Shown one piece after another: positions 26,612 to 41,988 of a stretch of 51,157 bases of DNA; position 1 is the stretch's first letter, and each line of letters begins with the position of its first letter. Position numbers and translations under genes: made by a program. The notes beneath the pieces were generated by a model. It saw nothing but the letters and a program-made list of their open reading frames with translations. It searched no databases and was not told the origin of the DNA. Source of the stretch: a virus (lineage: Duplodnaviria; Caudoviricetes); the IMG/VR virus record IMGVR_UViG_3300028920_000091, positions 1 through 51,157 of that record, one strand, 5' to 3'.

Positions 26612-27670
26612 TTATCCGTATGGTCCTGATACACCATAGTTTACTGGAACCCCCATCAGTTGTGGTGCTGTCTGTGTCTGGGGCTGTTGTGTTGTAGATG
26701 TCCACCAATCCAAAGCAGGCTGTGCAGCTTGACCTGCCCACCCAGCCACTGTGCGTGGAAGCCATGTCAAGGTATTGCCAACACCTTGCGGGACCCATGC
26801 AGATGCCGGTATCCTGCTGTTGGGACCATATGCCGGTTCTACGGCCTGAAACCCTGAACTCGTAGGCGTAGTCACCTGACCGCTACCCAAGCTATCTATG
26901 TATCCCGGGGGAAGCGTAGTATATTGCCCGGTCATCGGGTCAACCTGTTGCTGTTGCTGTTGCTGTGGCATCCTGAAGTTGCCCAACGCCCCCATAAGGT
27001 CAGCAAATGGAGAGCCACCACCGCCAGCTCCCGGTATCTGTATACCAAAAGGACTGGATATAGCAACATCCGGACCCTTAGGCATCTGGCTTGAAATCAT
27101 CGGGAACCTGTATGCGTCCTCCTGCATGATGTCAACACCCATCTTGGTTATAAACTCGTCTATGGAACGCATCTTGTCTTCATAGCGTGAAAGAGCCTTG
27201 TTGGTATAAGCCATGGTAGGCTTAGGTCCTATCCCTGTTGCTGCCCCCGCTTCCCTGACAGCATCCATAACGCTCGGACCATAAGGTCTCGCTGCCCCGC
27301 CCCCAAAGTAAGCCTGCTGGAGCGGCCTCTGCTGCATCTCCCGGAGCTGTGGGATAGCCTCCTCGTAGTAGGCAGGGAACTTGCCCTGCATCATACGCTC
27401 TATGTTCTGTGAGATAAAGTCCGATGTAAGGCCAAGCCTCGGCTCGGTGAAGGAATACTGTGGCAATGTGATAACCTCAGGGGGCATGTATTCATATCCG
27501 CCCGGATACCCTTCTTCCCCAAATCCAGATAAGCCGCCGGCTATGGCACCTAAAAGACCACCTGCTGCGGCACCCCACGGGCCTCCTATTTGAAAGCCGG
27601 TTCCGGCCCCACCGACAGCACCAGAGGCAGCTCCGCCTATTCCAGCACCCCAGTCGTATCCGTAAGCCAT
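26612..27670 (-). CDS. Putative DNA pilot / ejection protein
   Basis: N-terminal glycine zipper (GAGIGGAASGAVGG...GPWGAAAGGLLGAIAG). Confidence 0.65.
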   Translation of the reverse strand: MAYGYDWGAGIGGAASGAVGGAGTGFQIGGPWGAAAGGLLGAIAGGLSGFGEEGYPGGYEYMPPEVITLPQYSFTEPRLGLTSDFISQNIERMMQGKFPAYYEEAIPQLREMQQRPLQQAYFGGGAARPYGPSVMDAVREAGAATGIGPKPTMAYTNKALSRYEDKMRSIDEFITKMGVDIMQEDAYRFPMISSQMPKGPDVAISSPFGIQIPGAGGGGSPFADLMGALGNFRMPQQQQQQQVDPMTGQYTTLPPGYIDSLGSGQVTTPTSSGFQAVEPAYGPNSRIPASAWVPQGVGNTLTWLPRTVAGWAGQAAQPALDWWTSTTQQPQTQTAPQLMGVPVNYGVSGPYG

Positions 27671-27678
27671 GATTCCTC

Positions 27679-27918
27679 CTAACTTAATTCTATATAGCCG
27701 AGGTTACCCTTGGCTGTTTTCCAGTATATTCTCTTTGTCCCAGCCCCATCATCATATATGACCTTCTTGCCAAGCGGCACCGTGTTGGCTGTGGGTAGCG
27801 TCTCGGTGTAGATAGTGCCTTCCGTTTTCTGGGCATTGTCATCCAGTATCTTCTGGAGTATCGGAAGATGCTCGTCCTTCATGCCCGGTAATTTATCTAC
27901 TTGTTCTATACCCATCAT
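27679..27918 (-). CDS. Hypothetical structural-region protein
   Basis: GGAGG RBS; coupled ORF. Confidence 0.7.
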   Translation of the reverse strand: MMGIEQVDKLPGMKDEHLPILQKILDDNAQKTEGTIYTETLPTANTVPLGKKVIYDDGAGTKRIYWKTAKGNLGYIELS

Positions 27919-28799
27919 TCCTCCACTACCAGTATCCTCTTGTATGTGCTACCGTTCTGTTCTATCTGGTTGGCATACACACACTTCCATTGGACAGTTA
28001 TAACACGGGACCCAGCGGGTAATACTTCTACCCACTCCAAAGACATAGGCCACGCTCCGGCATCGTTTGTCCCGGAAGCATTGTTGTAGCCATAAGTTGC
28101 TATCTTCTGGACACTATCCACGCAGATATTAACAGCAGGATAAGGGTCAGTGCCACCTTCTATGCACGCATGGAACCGTATGCTTACGGGCTTTATTCCG
28201 GATGCCACAAAGTATATACTCATATCGTCCATGTCAGCATAAGCAGTAGAGTTCCTCGTTATATCGGTTATGCCTATAGCACTTACCCTATTCTTAACAT
28301 TATTTACACCCGTATTACCAACAGCCGTGACGGCCCCCGTGCCATCACCGGCAGAGTAATAGAAAAAGCCTATCAGCTTTGCATATGTCACACCCGTAGG
28401 GTAGGTGCTGTTGCTTAAGGACAGAATACCCGTAAAGTTAGTATCATCCGCATCCGCTACGGCCCACACATAATACTGGGCGACTGCCGCATTACCCGTA
28501 TCAAGGTCATCTCCCGATGCGGCTATGTCAGGCATGGTAAGTGTAATCTCAGCCGTATTGGCACGCATCCTGTGCTGGTCCTCCGAAAAGTTTTCCAACA
28601 TAAGTTCACCTATGCCTACAATAACAGTTTTAGCAGAACCATAACGCACATAGCAACCGTTCCTGTAGTTATCCAAAAGCCTGTCCAGCGGGTTCTGTAG
28701 ATAGTTCGTGGTATTGTCATCTATAAGCGATGCGTTTGTGTCACCTTCTAAAGCAGCAGTCCCATTACCTCGCATCCAGTCATTAATGTCTCCAGCCAT
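27915..28799 (-). CDS. Putative tail fibre / tail-associated protein
   Basis: Beta-rich sequence directly downstream of the nozzle gene. Confidence 0.6.
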   Translation of the reverse strand: MAGDINDWMRGNGTAALEGDTNASLIDDNTTNYLQNPLDRLLDNYRNGCYVRYGSAKTVIVGIGELMLENFSEDQHRMRANTAEITLTMPDIAASGDDLDTGNAAVAQYYVWAVADADDTNFTGILSLSNSTYPTGVTYAKLIGFFYYSAGDGTGAVTAVGNTGVNNVKNRVSAIGITDITRNSTAYADMDDMSIYFVASGIKPVSIRFHACIEGGTDPYPAVNICVDSVQKIATYGYNNASGTNDAGAWPMSLEWVEVLPAGSRVITVQWKCVYANQIEQNGSTYKRILVVEE

Positions 28800-28808
28800 C
28801 TCTCCTCC

Positions 28809-31307
28809 TTATACGATTATCGGTTCGGGCGTATACAAGCCCTTGAACTCTTTGACCATTAAATCCTCTACATCGTTCTTATAGAGCCGTAGCTTCAGCT
28901 CCCTGCCCATGGCAGTTGAAGGCAGGAAACTTTCCCACCGTGAAGTATAGGTCGTAAGGTCTATAGTAAAAGAGCCGTTACTGTTCTCTGTCCACCAGTC
29001 CACCTCCAAAGTCCCAGCCGTAGCCTCAAGCCACACCCCTATCTTCTTCCATATCTTGTCTACAAAAGGCTCATTGAAATTACGCCAACCCGTATCGTAA
29101 ATGAACTCAACGGCGTTCTCAGCCACGGAACCCCCTACCCTGTAGTTGAACTTGATAACATACCCATCAGAAAAATATACCCTCGGTGAACCTGCCGTAG
29201 AAACACACTCCATAACTACCCTCATCTGGAACCATATGTCGGCAGTAGCATCGGCCATATCGGCGGGTGTGTTCTTCCACTCGTTTGGCGTAGCCGGATA
29301 CCAAGCCGCCGCTTCACAGTCTACCTGTGTGGCACCTGTGCGTATCTGGAACTTGACCTCATCATCATCATCATGCTTACGCATATTCCAGTATAAGTTT
29401 ATAAGAGACCCTGCGTTTATTTGCATGGAGTTAAAGGTTATGGTGCCGTCCGTATCGGACCGGTCTATCACGCCGGGGAGCTTATCTATACTCACAGCAT
29501 CTGCCGTAAGGGTCCAGTATGTAACATCCGTTGGAAGGTTGCCTGTAGACTCAAGTATACACACATACTTTGAGCCAAGATACAGCACTACATCTCCATC
29601 GTGGTATGTTGTGCCGGCATCATAAGCGTCCTCCGCTGCCGTAGGGGTAAGATTTGTGGACAACAGCTCGTCTATGGTTAAGTCCCACCCGACCTCAAAC
29701 CACGGGCTATCTTGAGTGCCGCCTATATAGATGTCATCCAAGGTGCTGTCTTGGAGCTGTGACTTCTTGTTCCAGCGTATCCACAGGGGTGTATCCTCAG
29801 CACGGTAAACAAACCCGTCCCTGCTGTCACCATAATACACATCCCCCATTTCATCATCCCCATCATAAGAAGCAAAGCAGTTTATGCCGGTGTTCTTTGT
29901 CACACCAGTAGCGGCGGTATATCTGGTAAATGTGTCTATGGAAAGCTTCTGCCTGAAGAAATTATAGCGAGCTACCCTGTCGTGGTAATCGTTGCCATCC
30001 GTAGCGTTGGCATAAGAGAACATCAACACGCCCTTTGAGTAATGTGCCACCACATCCGTGTATGAGCTGGACAGTATCTCGCTGACATCAAACTCATCCA
30101 CAATGGGAGTAAGGGTAGCCCCATCAAACTGATACCAGTGGTTCCAGCCAAGGAACAAGACCCCCACCTGCGTCTGCAAGACTGACCACGGAGCCACGGG
30201 GCCTGTAAAAACAAGAGGGTCATCCACATACCATGACTCGGGACCACCCGACTGGAGATTAAACCCACCGCCGGAATCCCAGTTGCCGGAAGCAAAGCTG
30301 ATATGTGCCTTGCGGATAGTGTTCCTTTTCATTATGCTCATAGTCCCCATGGCTATAGGGATACCTATAATCTCATCGCCGTCATCCGGGTCTATCTCCA
30401 TATAATCAAGGTTGGTAGTCTGCTGTATGTAACCCGGTATATATGGATTGGAATAATAGACCTTGTTGGGATTATCCGGGTCCCCCGATAAAAAGAACCG
30501 CTCCCTGTTTATCTGTAGAAGGTTGCCCTTAGGCATATCATCAGTCACGGCCCCTATAGCCCCAGCTCCGCTTACATCATTGTTGGTGTCAGTATAAGTC
30601 GTAGCATAATTGTTGGCTATCGTTGTTACCAGCCGGTATACTCCCCCAGTTTCAGAGGATTTCCTGTATATCTTCCTGTTGGCTGTGCCTGCCGGACCTA
30701 AGGGGATGTTGGATAACTCTATATCCTTGGCCGTAACGGAAGCTATCTCATTGCTTACAGCCCCGCAGATATACGCATCGTTGTCCATTGTTACCTGATA
30801 AGAAATGTTGGTTCTGGTTATAGCCCCGGCCCCCGTGCCTGCTATGCACTTACAGGACCCCAGCTCCCACACTACCTTATCGGAAGATGACCCGTCGTAG
30901 ACCATCATGTTATCAAAAGCGTTGCCCATTATAAGCAACCCTTGGTATGTCCTGAAGGCCATGCGTTTATTCTCTGTCAGCGACATCCCGGCTGGTAATG
31001 TAAGTGCGGCCCATGTGCCGGCAGCGTCGTTCCCAACATAGATATTCGTCCCGTGGACCTTTACGCTGACTATCGTCCCATCCGCCCTGTAAAACCTATA
31101 AAGCCCCATGACCGCCCCGGTTCCTGAGCTGGTGGTATTATAAAAAGATATAGGGTCACGCTTCACCACTGCACCCGGCTCTACTTCATATCGCAGGTTC
31201 CGGGCAAGCTCGCAGTAATTACCTTCAAGCTCAAGGGTCTCCATCTTGCTGTTCATACCCGGCATGGGCTTGATATAAAACTGTTTTAAGGGTGATGTCA
31301 GTGCCAT
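28809..31307 (-). CDS. Tail nozzle / stabilisation protein (P22 gp10 or T7 gp12-like)
   Basis: 832 aa, beta-propeller-like; N-terminal GMNS...ARNLRY...GAVVKR; follows the adaptor gene. Confidence 0.72.
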   Translation of the reverse strand: MALTSPLKQFYIKPMPGMNSKMETLELEGNYCELARNLRYEVEPGAVVKRDPISFYNTTSSGTGAVMGLYRFYRADGTIVSVKVHGTNIYVGNDAAGTWAALTLPAGMSLTENKRMAFRTYQGLLIMGNAFDNMMVYDGSSSDKVVWELGSCKCIAGTGAGAITRTNISYQVTMDNDAYICGAVSNEIASVTAKDIELSNIPLGPAGTANRKIYRKSSETGGVYRLVTTIANNYATTYTDTNNDVSGAGAIGAVTDDMPKGNLLQINRERFFLSGDPDNPNKVYYSNPYIPGYIQQTTNLDYMEIDPDDGDEIIGIPIAMGTMSIMKRNTIRKAHISFASGNWDSGGGFNLQSGGPESWYVDDPLVFTGPVAPWSVLQTQVGVLFLGWNHWYQFDGATLTPIVDEFDVSEILSSSYTDVVAHYSKGVLMFSYANATDGNDYHDRVARYNFFRQKLSIDTFTRYTAATGVTKNTGINCFASYDGDDEMGDVYYGDSRDGFVYRAEDTPLWIRWNKKSQLQDSTLDDIYIGGTQDSPWFEVGWDLTIDELLSTNLTPTAAEDAYDAGTTYHDGDVVLYLGSKYVCILESTGNLPTDVTYWTLTADAVSIDKLPGVIDRSDTDGTITFNSMQINAGSLINLYWNMRKHDDDDEVKFQIRTGATQVDCEAAAWYPATPNEWKNTPADMADATADIWFQMRVVMECVSTAGSPRVYFSDGYVIKFNYRVGGSVAENAVEFIYDTGWRNFNEPFVDKIWKKIGVWLEATAGTLEVDWWTENSNGSFTIDLTTYTSRWESFLPSTAMGRELKLRLYKNDVEDLMVKEFKGLYTPEPIIV

Positions 31308-31984
31308 TAGTGTATGTTCCTATAGTTTTTCATCAACAACGCTTCCTCATCCACCTGCTTCTCCGTATCCCTTTCGGTCACATAGTGCTGGAGCTTGCTT
31401 GCATATTTGCTCCAAGCATCATTAGCCTTCTCGCCCCAGCCCCTCGTCTCATATCCAGTAGCTACTACCCAGTCCCCCATAGCTGTCTGTAACTCAAACG
31501 GTATCTTATGTATCGTAAGCAGGTCATCCTCGTCGCTTGTAATATCAGTGAAATCATTGGCGTAATAGACCTGAAGATAATCCGTCCCTTGGTTTGTGCT
31601 GTTGGGTGTTGGGAAAAGGCCAAGCAAATCCCTCTCCCTGTCCTCGTAATACTTGTAAGGAGTAGAAGCATCAGCGTTCTTCCAGCCGGGAACTTCCTCA
31701 TCCAACCTGTTCTCATCAGTCTGGATAAGCTTTATCCAATTCTGAGCATCCGAATACATGTATACCCTCAGAACGGACAGCCAGTTAGGAAAACTGTTGC
31801 TTAATGTATACTCACCATCAGAAGTAGTGGTGATATACCCGTTGGCCTTGATACACTTGGTCTTATAAGCAACATCATGGCCGGCATTGTTTATCCACTG
31901 GTTAAGCTCGGTATCATCCCAGAACGCCGCCGTGGTCTCGCCAAGTCTCTTGCGTATAAGGTTTCTTAATTGTAATCTTGTCAT
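31307..31984 (-). CDS. Head-tail adaptor protein
   Basis: MTRLQLRNLIRKRLGE....WDDTELNQWINNA and GLFPTP motifs, typical of podovirus adaptors. Confidence 0.78.
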   Translation of the reverse strand: MTRLQLRNLIRKRLGETTAAFWDDTELNQWINNAGHDVAYKTKCIKANGYITTTSDGEYTLSNSFPNWLSVLRVYMYSDAQNWIKLIQTDENRLDEEVPGWKNADASTPYKYYEDRERDLLGLFPTPNSTNQGTDYLQVYYANDFTDITSDEDDLLTIHKIPFELQTAMGDWVVATGYETRGWGEKANDAWSKYASKLQHYVTERDTEKQVDEEALLMKNYRNIH

Positions 31985-32715
31985 GGATGGCTCCTTGCAT
32001 GGTTACAGGGCATCGGTGCCCAATATCCGGGAATAGTTATATGGTCCGTTAGCCCTTCGTTAGGCAGAGCGTGAAACACATTGGCCGCGTTTATATGGAG
32101 TTCGTCTATATTGCCCCAATAAAAATTTTGGTAGCTATTAAATGTGCCTATACGAAGTGCCTCGTTCATATCGCTTAAAGCATTATCACTTGCAAGATAA
32201 CCGGTCTGCTTACCATTCACATAAACGCCCCAATAATAATGGCCTCCGCTATAAACCCTTACTCCACAAATATGTGTCCACTCATCTTCAGATATATTCA
32301 CATTACTTGTAATTGCACCTGCACTTGTATGGTAAAATTTGGGGGCATTAGCTGCTATACATAACTGCCAAAACTTGTCCTGTGAGCCACCCCTTTGAGC
32401 AACAATATCTTGCTCGTTCCCATACAGGTTGGTAGGATATACCCAACAATCTATCGTAAAATTGGCTGTTATATTCCAATCGGCGTGGTCGGCATAATAT
32501 ATAAAATCTCCATCGTTATCATCCTCGCCACCGCCCAATAACAGGGAGCCTGTCCCCACCTTCTTGACAGATGTATCAACTATAGGGCCATTCACCGTAA
32601 ACTTGTTTACTGTAGCGTTCCCGTGGTCCCCGCCTACTGAAGTATCAGTAAAAGTAGTGCTACCCTGACTTCCATCAAAGGTCATATACAGTTTCGTATT
32701 TGCGTTATTTACCAT
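31981..32715 (-). CDS. LamG/concanavalin A-like virion protein
   Basis: FTIDCWVYP, WTHICGV, YVNGK, LRIG and GNIDELHI motifs. Confidence 0.85.
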   Translation of the reverse strand: MVNNANTKLYMTFDGSQGSTTFTDTSVGGDHGNATVNKFTVNGPIVDTSVKKVGTGSLLLGGGEDDNDGDFIYYADHADWNITANFTIDCWVYPTNLYGNEQDIVAQRGGSQDKFWQLCIAANAPKFYHTSAGAITSNVNISEDEWTHICGVRVYSGGHYYWGVYVNGKQTGYLASDNALSDMNEALRIGTFNSYQNFYWGNIDELHINAANVFHALPNEGLTDHITIPGYWAPMPCNHARSHP

Positions 32716-32724
32716 CTTATCTCC

Positions 32725-33630
32725 TTACGATATTACTATCGCCCTTGCTATCGGGGTGTCATATACCACAAGCACTATGCCCGAACCACCGGCTCCACCA
32801 GTCCCATTATATCCAGAACCACCACCGCCACCTGTGTTGGCCTGACCGGCATCGCCATTACCGGTTTCTCCAGTATTCGTTTTACCGTTTCCGCCGCCAC
32901 CGTCACCGCCTACCCCATAATTGTCTGCGTAATAGCCAGTTCCGCCACCACCACCGGCAAAAACGCCACTATCCCCAAGAGCCGTTCCTATCAAGGCGGA
33001 GTAATCTTTGCCATCGCCTCCATCACCGGCAACAGAATTGCCAACAGCATCTTCCCCTACTTCTGTGGCACCGCCTCCGCCCCCTCCCGCATCGCCACTA
33101 CCGGGAGAAACAGCCGCACCGCCATCCTCGCCATAACCAGTCCCTCCGGCAGAAGCACCTTGCGTGGACGCTCCGCCCGCTCCGGATTGCGAACCACCTC
33201 CACCACCGCATCCACCGTCATTTCCATCCAGTCCATTACCCGAACCTGATACATATGCTCCGCCTGAACCTCCACCTATCGCCGTCATTGGAGTATCTTG
33301 GACATCCCATACGCTATTATTTCCGTTAGAACCTTCACTATCCACGCCATGACCGCTGTTCGGCCCTCCGGCTCCGCCCGCCCCAACAACTACTTCATAA
33401 ACTCCATCGCCATCGTGGTCAGAAGTAACGGCAAGGACCTCATCATCAACCACACCGCCCGCACCGCCTCCACCGAACCACACATCTCCGCCGCCGCCTC
33501 CTCCACCAGCCACGACAATAACCCGGACATCGCCGCCCTTTATAACGGTAAAGTTTCCACTTGAAGTAAAAGCGTGTATGGTCTTGTTACCATAATAAGA
33601 TATAGTCCCACCGGTTGCTACGACACCCAT
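32725..33630 (-). CDS. Glycine-rich tail-associated protein
   Basis: ATGGTI...IHAFTSSGNF..VVAGGGGG...ANTGGGGG..GGSGIVLV. Confidence 0.82.
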   Translation of the reverse strand: MGVVATGGTISYYGNKTIHAFTSSGNFTVIKGGDVRVIVVAGGGGGGGDVWFGGGGAGGVVDDEVLAVTSDHDGDGVYEVVVGAGGAGGPNSGHGVDSEGSNGNNSVWDVQDTPMTAIGGGSGGAYVSGSGNGLDGNDGGCGGGGGSQSGAGGASTQGASAGGTGYGEDGGAAVSPGSGDAGGGGGGATEVGEDAVGNSVAGDGGDGKDYSALIGTALGDSGVFAGGGGGTGYYADNYGVGGDGGGGNGKTNTGETGNGDAGQANTGGGGGSGYNGTGGAGGSGIVLVVYDTPIARAIVIS

Positions 33631-33669
33631 TACTTTCCTCCTGTCTTATGGAGGTGATAAAATATTGAT

Positions 33670-34007
33670 TTACTCAGTCCTAACATCCTTCTCCCACTTC
33701 AGTTCTGGCTCGTTCCAGTAATACATTTCCGGCCTGCCGTCCGGTGCGAAGGTCGGCTCGGGTTCTGGCACCGGAGGCTCCCAATCCAACTTCTCGTTCA
33801 GCGTCCAAGAAGGATAAGGTCTTGGGCGAGCAAAGTTTGTCTTGTCCGGATGGTAGGTATATCCCTTACCGGCGTAGTGTTTATCTTTGCTGTTCATAAA
33901 GGTCTCAACCCACTCGCCACCCAACCGTTCCTCAAGCCATTCCTTGCTCTCGCAAACAACGACCCGCTGAACTATACCGTCCTTGATTTCCGCAAAGTAT
34001 CTTGCCA

Positions 34008-34008
<1 letters not shown>
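33670..34008 (-). CDS. Putative tail fibre accessory / assembly protein
   Basis: MARYFAEI...YAGKGYTY...PYPSWTL...WEPPVP..YYWNE pattern, between the fibre and the Gly-rich gene. Confidence 0.65.
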
Positions 34009-38735
<4,727 letters not shown>

Positions 38736-38746
<11 letters not shown>

Positions 38747-39221
38747 CTCTCACCGCCAATAACATGTTTGTCTTTTTTGTATGAAACCTCGCATCCACCT
38801 TGTATCCCCTGTCCTCCCAGAACTTAACAGGCCAGAAACTCTTATGCCTCTGTAGCTCAGGCAATGTCATCTCAAAGTTCATCTTCTCGTTGGGCGTGAA
38901 TATGACTATCCTTTTCTTGGCTATGCCCTCCAGAGCTTCCAGTGCATACAGGGCGGCCGCCTGTTCCAGATGCTCTATCCCGTCCAGCCACATCACCACA
39001 TCAAAGCTCCTCGGAATAAACAGGCTTCCTATCTCAGCCACATTGTATACAATGGGTATGTGTGTTTTACCTATCTTTGCAAGCCGGGTCAAATCTAAAT
39101 CAACACCTATCTTTATCTTTGCGGGAAGCTCCCGTGTTGGGTTACACTCACCGCAACACACATCCAGCATGGTGTCTTGCTCGTTTATCAGCGGCCTTAA
39201 ATGATAAGTAAGATATGTCAT
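38736..39221 (-). CDS. Class I SAM-dependent methyltransferase
   Basis: MLDVCCG, IGVD and SFDVVMWLDGIEHL motifs. Confidence 0.85.
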
Positions 39222-39913
39222 ACCAACAGTGTCCTCCAATCCTGTGCCGGACCTGTCCCCCATTTTCTCCTGAACCTCTTTTTGTTATATTGAAACAGGG
39301 GCTTCTTGTTCATTTCCTTATAGGTCGTGGTGCAATTATGCTTCACAAACGCAGGGGCTACCCGCATCTTACCCCCGGCCTTAAGGTAGCATATACAAAA
39401 ATCATCGTCCTCGCAGCCATACCCGGAGAACTGCTTATCCAGATAGCCTATCTTGTTGAACACCTCGTTGTGGATAAGCACACAAAAGAAGTTCATGGTC
39501 CTGTATGTATCCTTGGCTACGCCTGCGGACTGGGCCTTCTGGTCAGGGTTCATCACCCCGTTGGAATACGGCCCAACCATACCGATATTCACCGGGATAT
39601 GCGGCCGTGCCGGCCCCGGGAGCTGTTGCACCATGGCATCTATAGCTCCGGGTGTAAACTCTATGTCGTTATTACATATGAGCTTAAGTGGATTTTTACC
39701 GAACTTAACCCCTATGTTGACATTGCGGGCAAAGACAAACTTACCCTTTGTCGGGATGACCATGGCTCCCTTACGCTCGCAGTATTCCTGCGTCCCATCC
39801 GTAGAGCCGCTATCCACAACTATAAGCTGATAAGGATACTTAGTATTGATACTCTCAATACACTTCTTCGTGTCCTCAATGTGGTCCTTTGTGAGTATTA
39901 TAATATCTATCAT
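39218..39913 (-). CDS. Glycosyltransferase family 2
   Basis: IIILT, IVVDSGSTDGT, CNNDI and YGCEDDDFC motifs. Confidence 0.92.
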   Translation of the reverse strand: MIDIIILTKDHIEDTKKCIESINTKYPYQLIVVDSGSTDGTQEYCERKGAMVIPTKGKFVFARNVNIGVKFGKNPLKLICNNDIEFTPGAIDAMVQQLPGPARPHIPVNIGMVGPYSNGVMNPDQKAQSAGVAKDTYRTMNFFCVLIHNEVFNKIGYLDKQFSGYGCEDDDFCICYLKAGGKMRVAPAFVKHNCTTTYKEMNKKPLFQYNKKRFRRKWGTGPAQDWRTLLV

Positions 39914-40680
39914 GCTGGCACCTTCGCTTTACTACATATGAACGGTGGGTTGGGATAGGAGACCCTCTCCGTCCCGTCCCCGTAATTATATAGCCAACTC
40001 ACCTCACTTGCCGTCAACGCCTTATTGAATATCACCAGAGCGTCTATCCCCCCGTAATAATCGTAATTGGAACTCCCATTATACCGGGCCACATACAACT
40101 CCTTGGCCGTGGTAAAGTCCCCGAAGGTCACTCCGCTGGTGGACCCATCGTAGGTTCCATCAAGAGCGACCTCCTCCCCATCAAAATATATCTTCTTGCC
40201 ACCTACCCCGCCCACCGTGCTGTCCAATACGGCTACGATATGGTGCCAGTCCGCTACCGCACCATTCCCCCACACCGCACTGTTGGTCTGGGCTATATTG
40301 CCCCTATTCCCCTCGCTCATATAGTCTACCCGCAACTGGCCGGTATTCTTATACTGCGATACATTGAACAGGCTGTCTGCCCCGGTTGTGTCCTGCGACC
40401 CCACAAATATCCTGTGGTCTGAAGGCACTCCGTCAGCCGGCTTGGCCCATAAAGACACCGAGAAACTGCCCCTTAGAGTAGCCTGAAAAGTCTGGTTCAG
40501 GTTGACATAATCACTGCTGTCCTCAAAGTTGAAAGCCTTGTCTATCTTTCCGGCAATACTCTGGTCCTCGGTATTGGCATCTACCATCATAGCGTCCGTG
40601 CCTACCTCATTGGTCACAGTAGTATTAGCCGCATCGTCGTTACACTTGTAAAAAGCTACTACATTACCGCTTAAATCCAT
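39910..40680 (-). CDS. LamG/concanavalin A-like protein
   Basis: FSVSLWAK, WHHIVAV, IYFDG and GGIDALVIFNKALTASEV motifs. Confidence 0.88.
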   Translation of the reverse strand: MDLSGNVVAFYKCNDDAANTTVTNEVGTDAMMVDANTEDQSIAGKIDKAFNFEDSSDYVNLNQTFQATLRGSFSVSLWAKPADGVPSDHRIFVGSQDTTGADSLFNVSQYKNTGQLRVDYMSEGNRGNIAQTNSAVWGNGAVADWHHIVAVLDSTVGGVGGKKIYFDGEEVALDGTYDGSTSGVTFGDFTTAKELYVARYNGSSNYDYYGGIDALVIFNKALTASEVSWLYNYGDGTERVSYPNPPFICSKAKVPA

Positions 40681-41672
40681 TATGCCACCGCCCAATCAAG
40701 AAACATATCCATAAACTGTGTCCTTAGTCTTGTCAGCGAAGCGTTCCTCATGCACCAACGCTTACCTAACTCTCCAATGGTCTTACAACTCTCAGGCGTA
40801 TCTATCAGATACTGCACCTTCTCCACGAACTCATCCTCAGACTGCACCAGAAAACCCCCTCCAGAGGCCCTCAGTTGCTCTGAGAGGCCATCTTTATGGT
40901 CCCGGGCTACCACGGGTATACCCGACAGGTTCGCCTCTGTAACGACCTTAGACCAGCTCTCAGTGGTATCTCCCCAGATGGCAAAGATGTCTATCCCTTC
41001 CAGAAAAGAAGCCATGCCTCCCGCCTTGGTGGGTCGGACCTTGAACCTGTCATCTCCCGAAGGGGACGCTCCGACGAGGGAGAAATCACATCCCCTGAGC
41101 CTCTTTAAGAGGGTATAGAAGGAGGGTGGAACCTTGCCCCGTGAGACCCAAGTCCCACTTTGGACACGGCCCACGACAGGTCTCCGCACAGGTCTTTTGA
41201 TATTTATATACGGAGCGACATCCACACAGGGAGGCATGGTAACAGCGTTGGTTTTCATCCTGCGTTCACAATTACTGTATGCCCTACGCACCCACTCCGA
41301 GACAAACCAGTCATAGTCTGCCGGTATAAGCGGGCGTGTTACCATGTGATGAACACCGATTACCCTGTAACGACGCAGCCACTCAAAAGGCCAGCCGCCT
41401 TCAAGGCTGGACCCCTTAGTGTTATGAAGCATGATGACAAAAGGGTCTATATCCTTGACCATCTCCTTGGTCACCATATCTCCTGCGTTCATGTATTTGA
41501 CATGCTGGTTCTGAAGGTAGCGGATAAAGCCCAAGTCCTCGCCACCAGAATTAACTGTCAGCAGGACATGGAATAGCTGGGGGAACGCTTTGACAAAATC
41601 AATTACCGTTGTCTCAATACCGCCCAGACGGGCGTAGTTATTGATGTGAAGAACGGTATTCTTCTTTGTCAT
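40680..41672 (-). CDS. Glycosyltransferase family 4 (GT-B)
   Basis: LGGIET, VSEWV and ESWSKVVTEANLSGIPVVA motifs. The start may be upstream at 41735. Confidence 0.88.
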   Translation of the reverse strand: MTKKNTVLHINNYARLGGIETTVIDFVKAFPQLFHVLLTVNSGGEDLGFIRYLQNQHVKYMNAGDMVTKEMVKDIDPFVIMLHNTKGSSLEGGWPFEWLRRYRVIGVHHMVTRPLIPADYDWFVSEWVRRAYSNCERRMKTNAVTMPPCVDVAPYINIKRPVRRPVVGRVQSGTWVSRGKVPPSFYTLLKRLRGCDFSLVGASPSGDDRFKVRPTKAGGMASFLEGIDIFAIWGDTTESWSKVVTEANLSGIPVVARDHKDGLSEQLRASGGGFLVQSEDEFVEKVQYLIDTPESCKTIGELGKRWCMRNASLTRLRTQFMDMFLDWAVA

Positions 41673-41988
41673 AAGTGTAGGCCCCACAGAAGGGGCAACC
41701 CCCAACGACATTAAAGTCTGTTCTATATCCGTCATAAGATACTAACCTCTCCTCAGAATCCGCACCGTCATACTCTACTGGCGTGGAGTCGGGACCACCG
41801 TCATAAGCCACTATCTCAGGGTGAGTTATGCCCATGCCGAGGCGTGAACCCCATGGGGCACGGACATCCCTGTCGGTGTTGCACATAAAACCGCATCTGC
41901 CACACCTGACATAGTGAGAGTCCTGCGGGAACGCATTGTCTGCGTTCCTTCCATACCTGACTTCCTTAGACTCCAAGAACCGTCCCAT
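41638..41988 (-). CDS. Zinc-ribbon protein
   Basis: CGRCG...CPFCG; GGAGG RBS, TAATG coupling. Confidence 0.7.
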   Translation of the reverse strand: MGRFLESKEVRYGRNADNAFPQDSHYVRCGRCGFMCNTDRDVRAPWGSRLGMGITHPEIVAYDGGPDSTPVEYDGADSEERLVSYDGYRTDFNVVGGCPFCGAYTYDKEEYRSSHQ

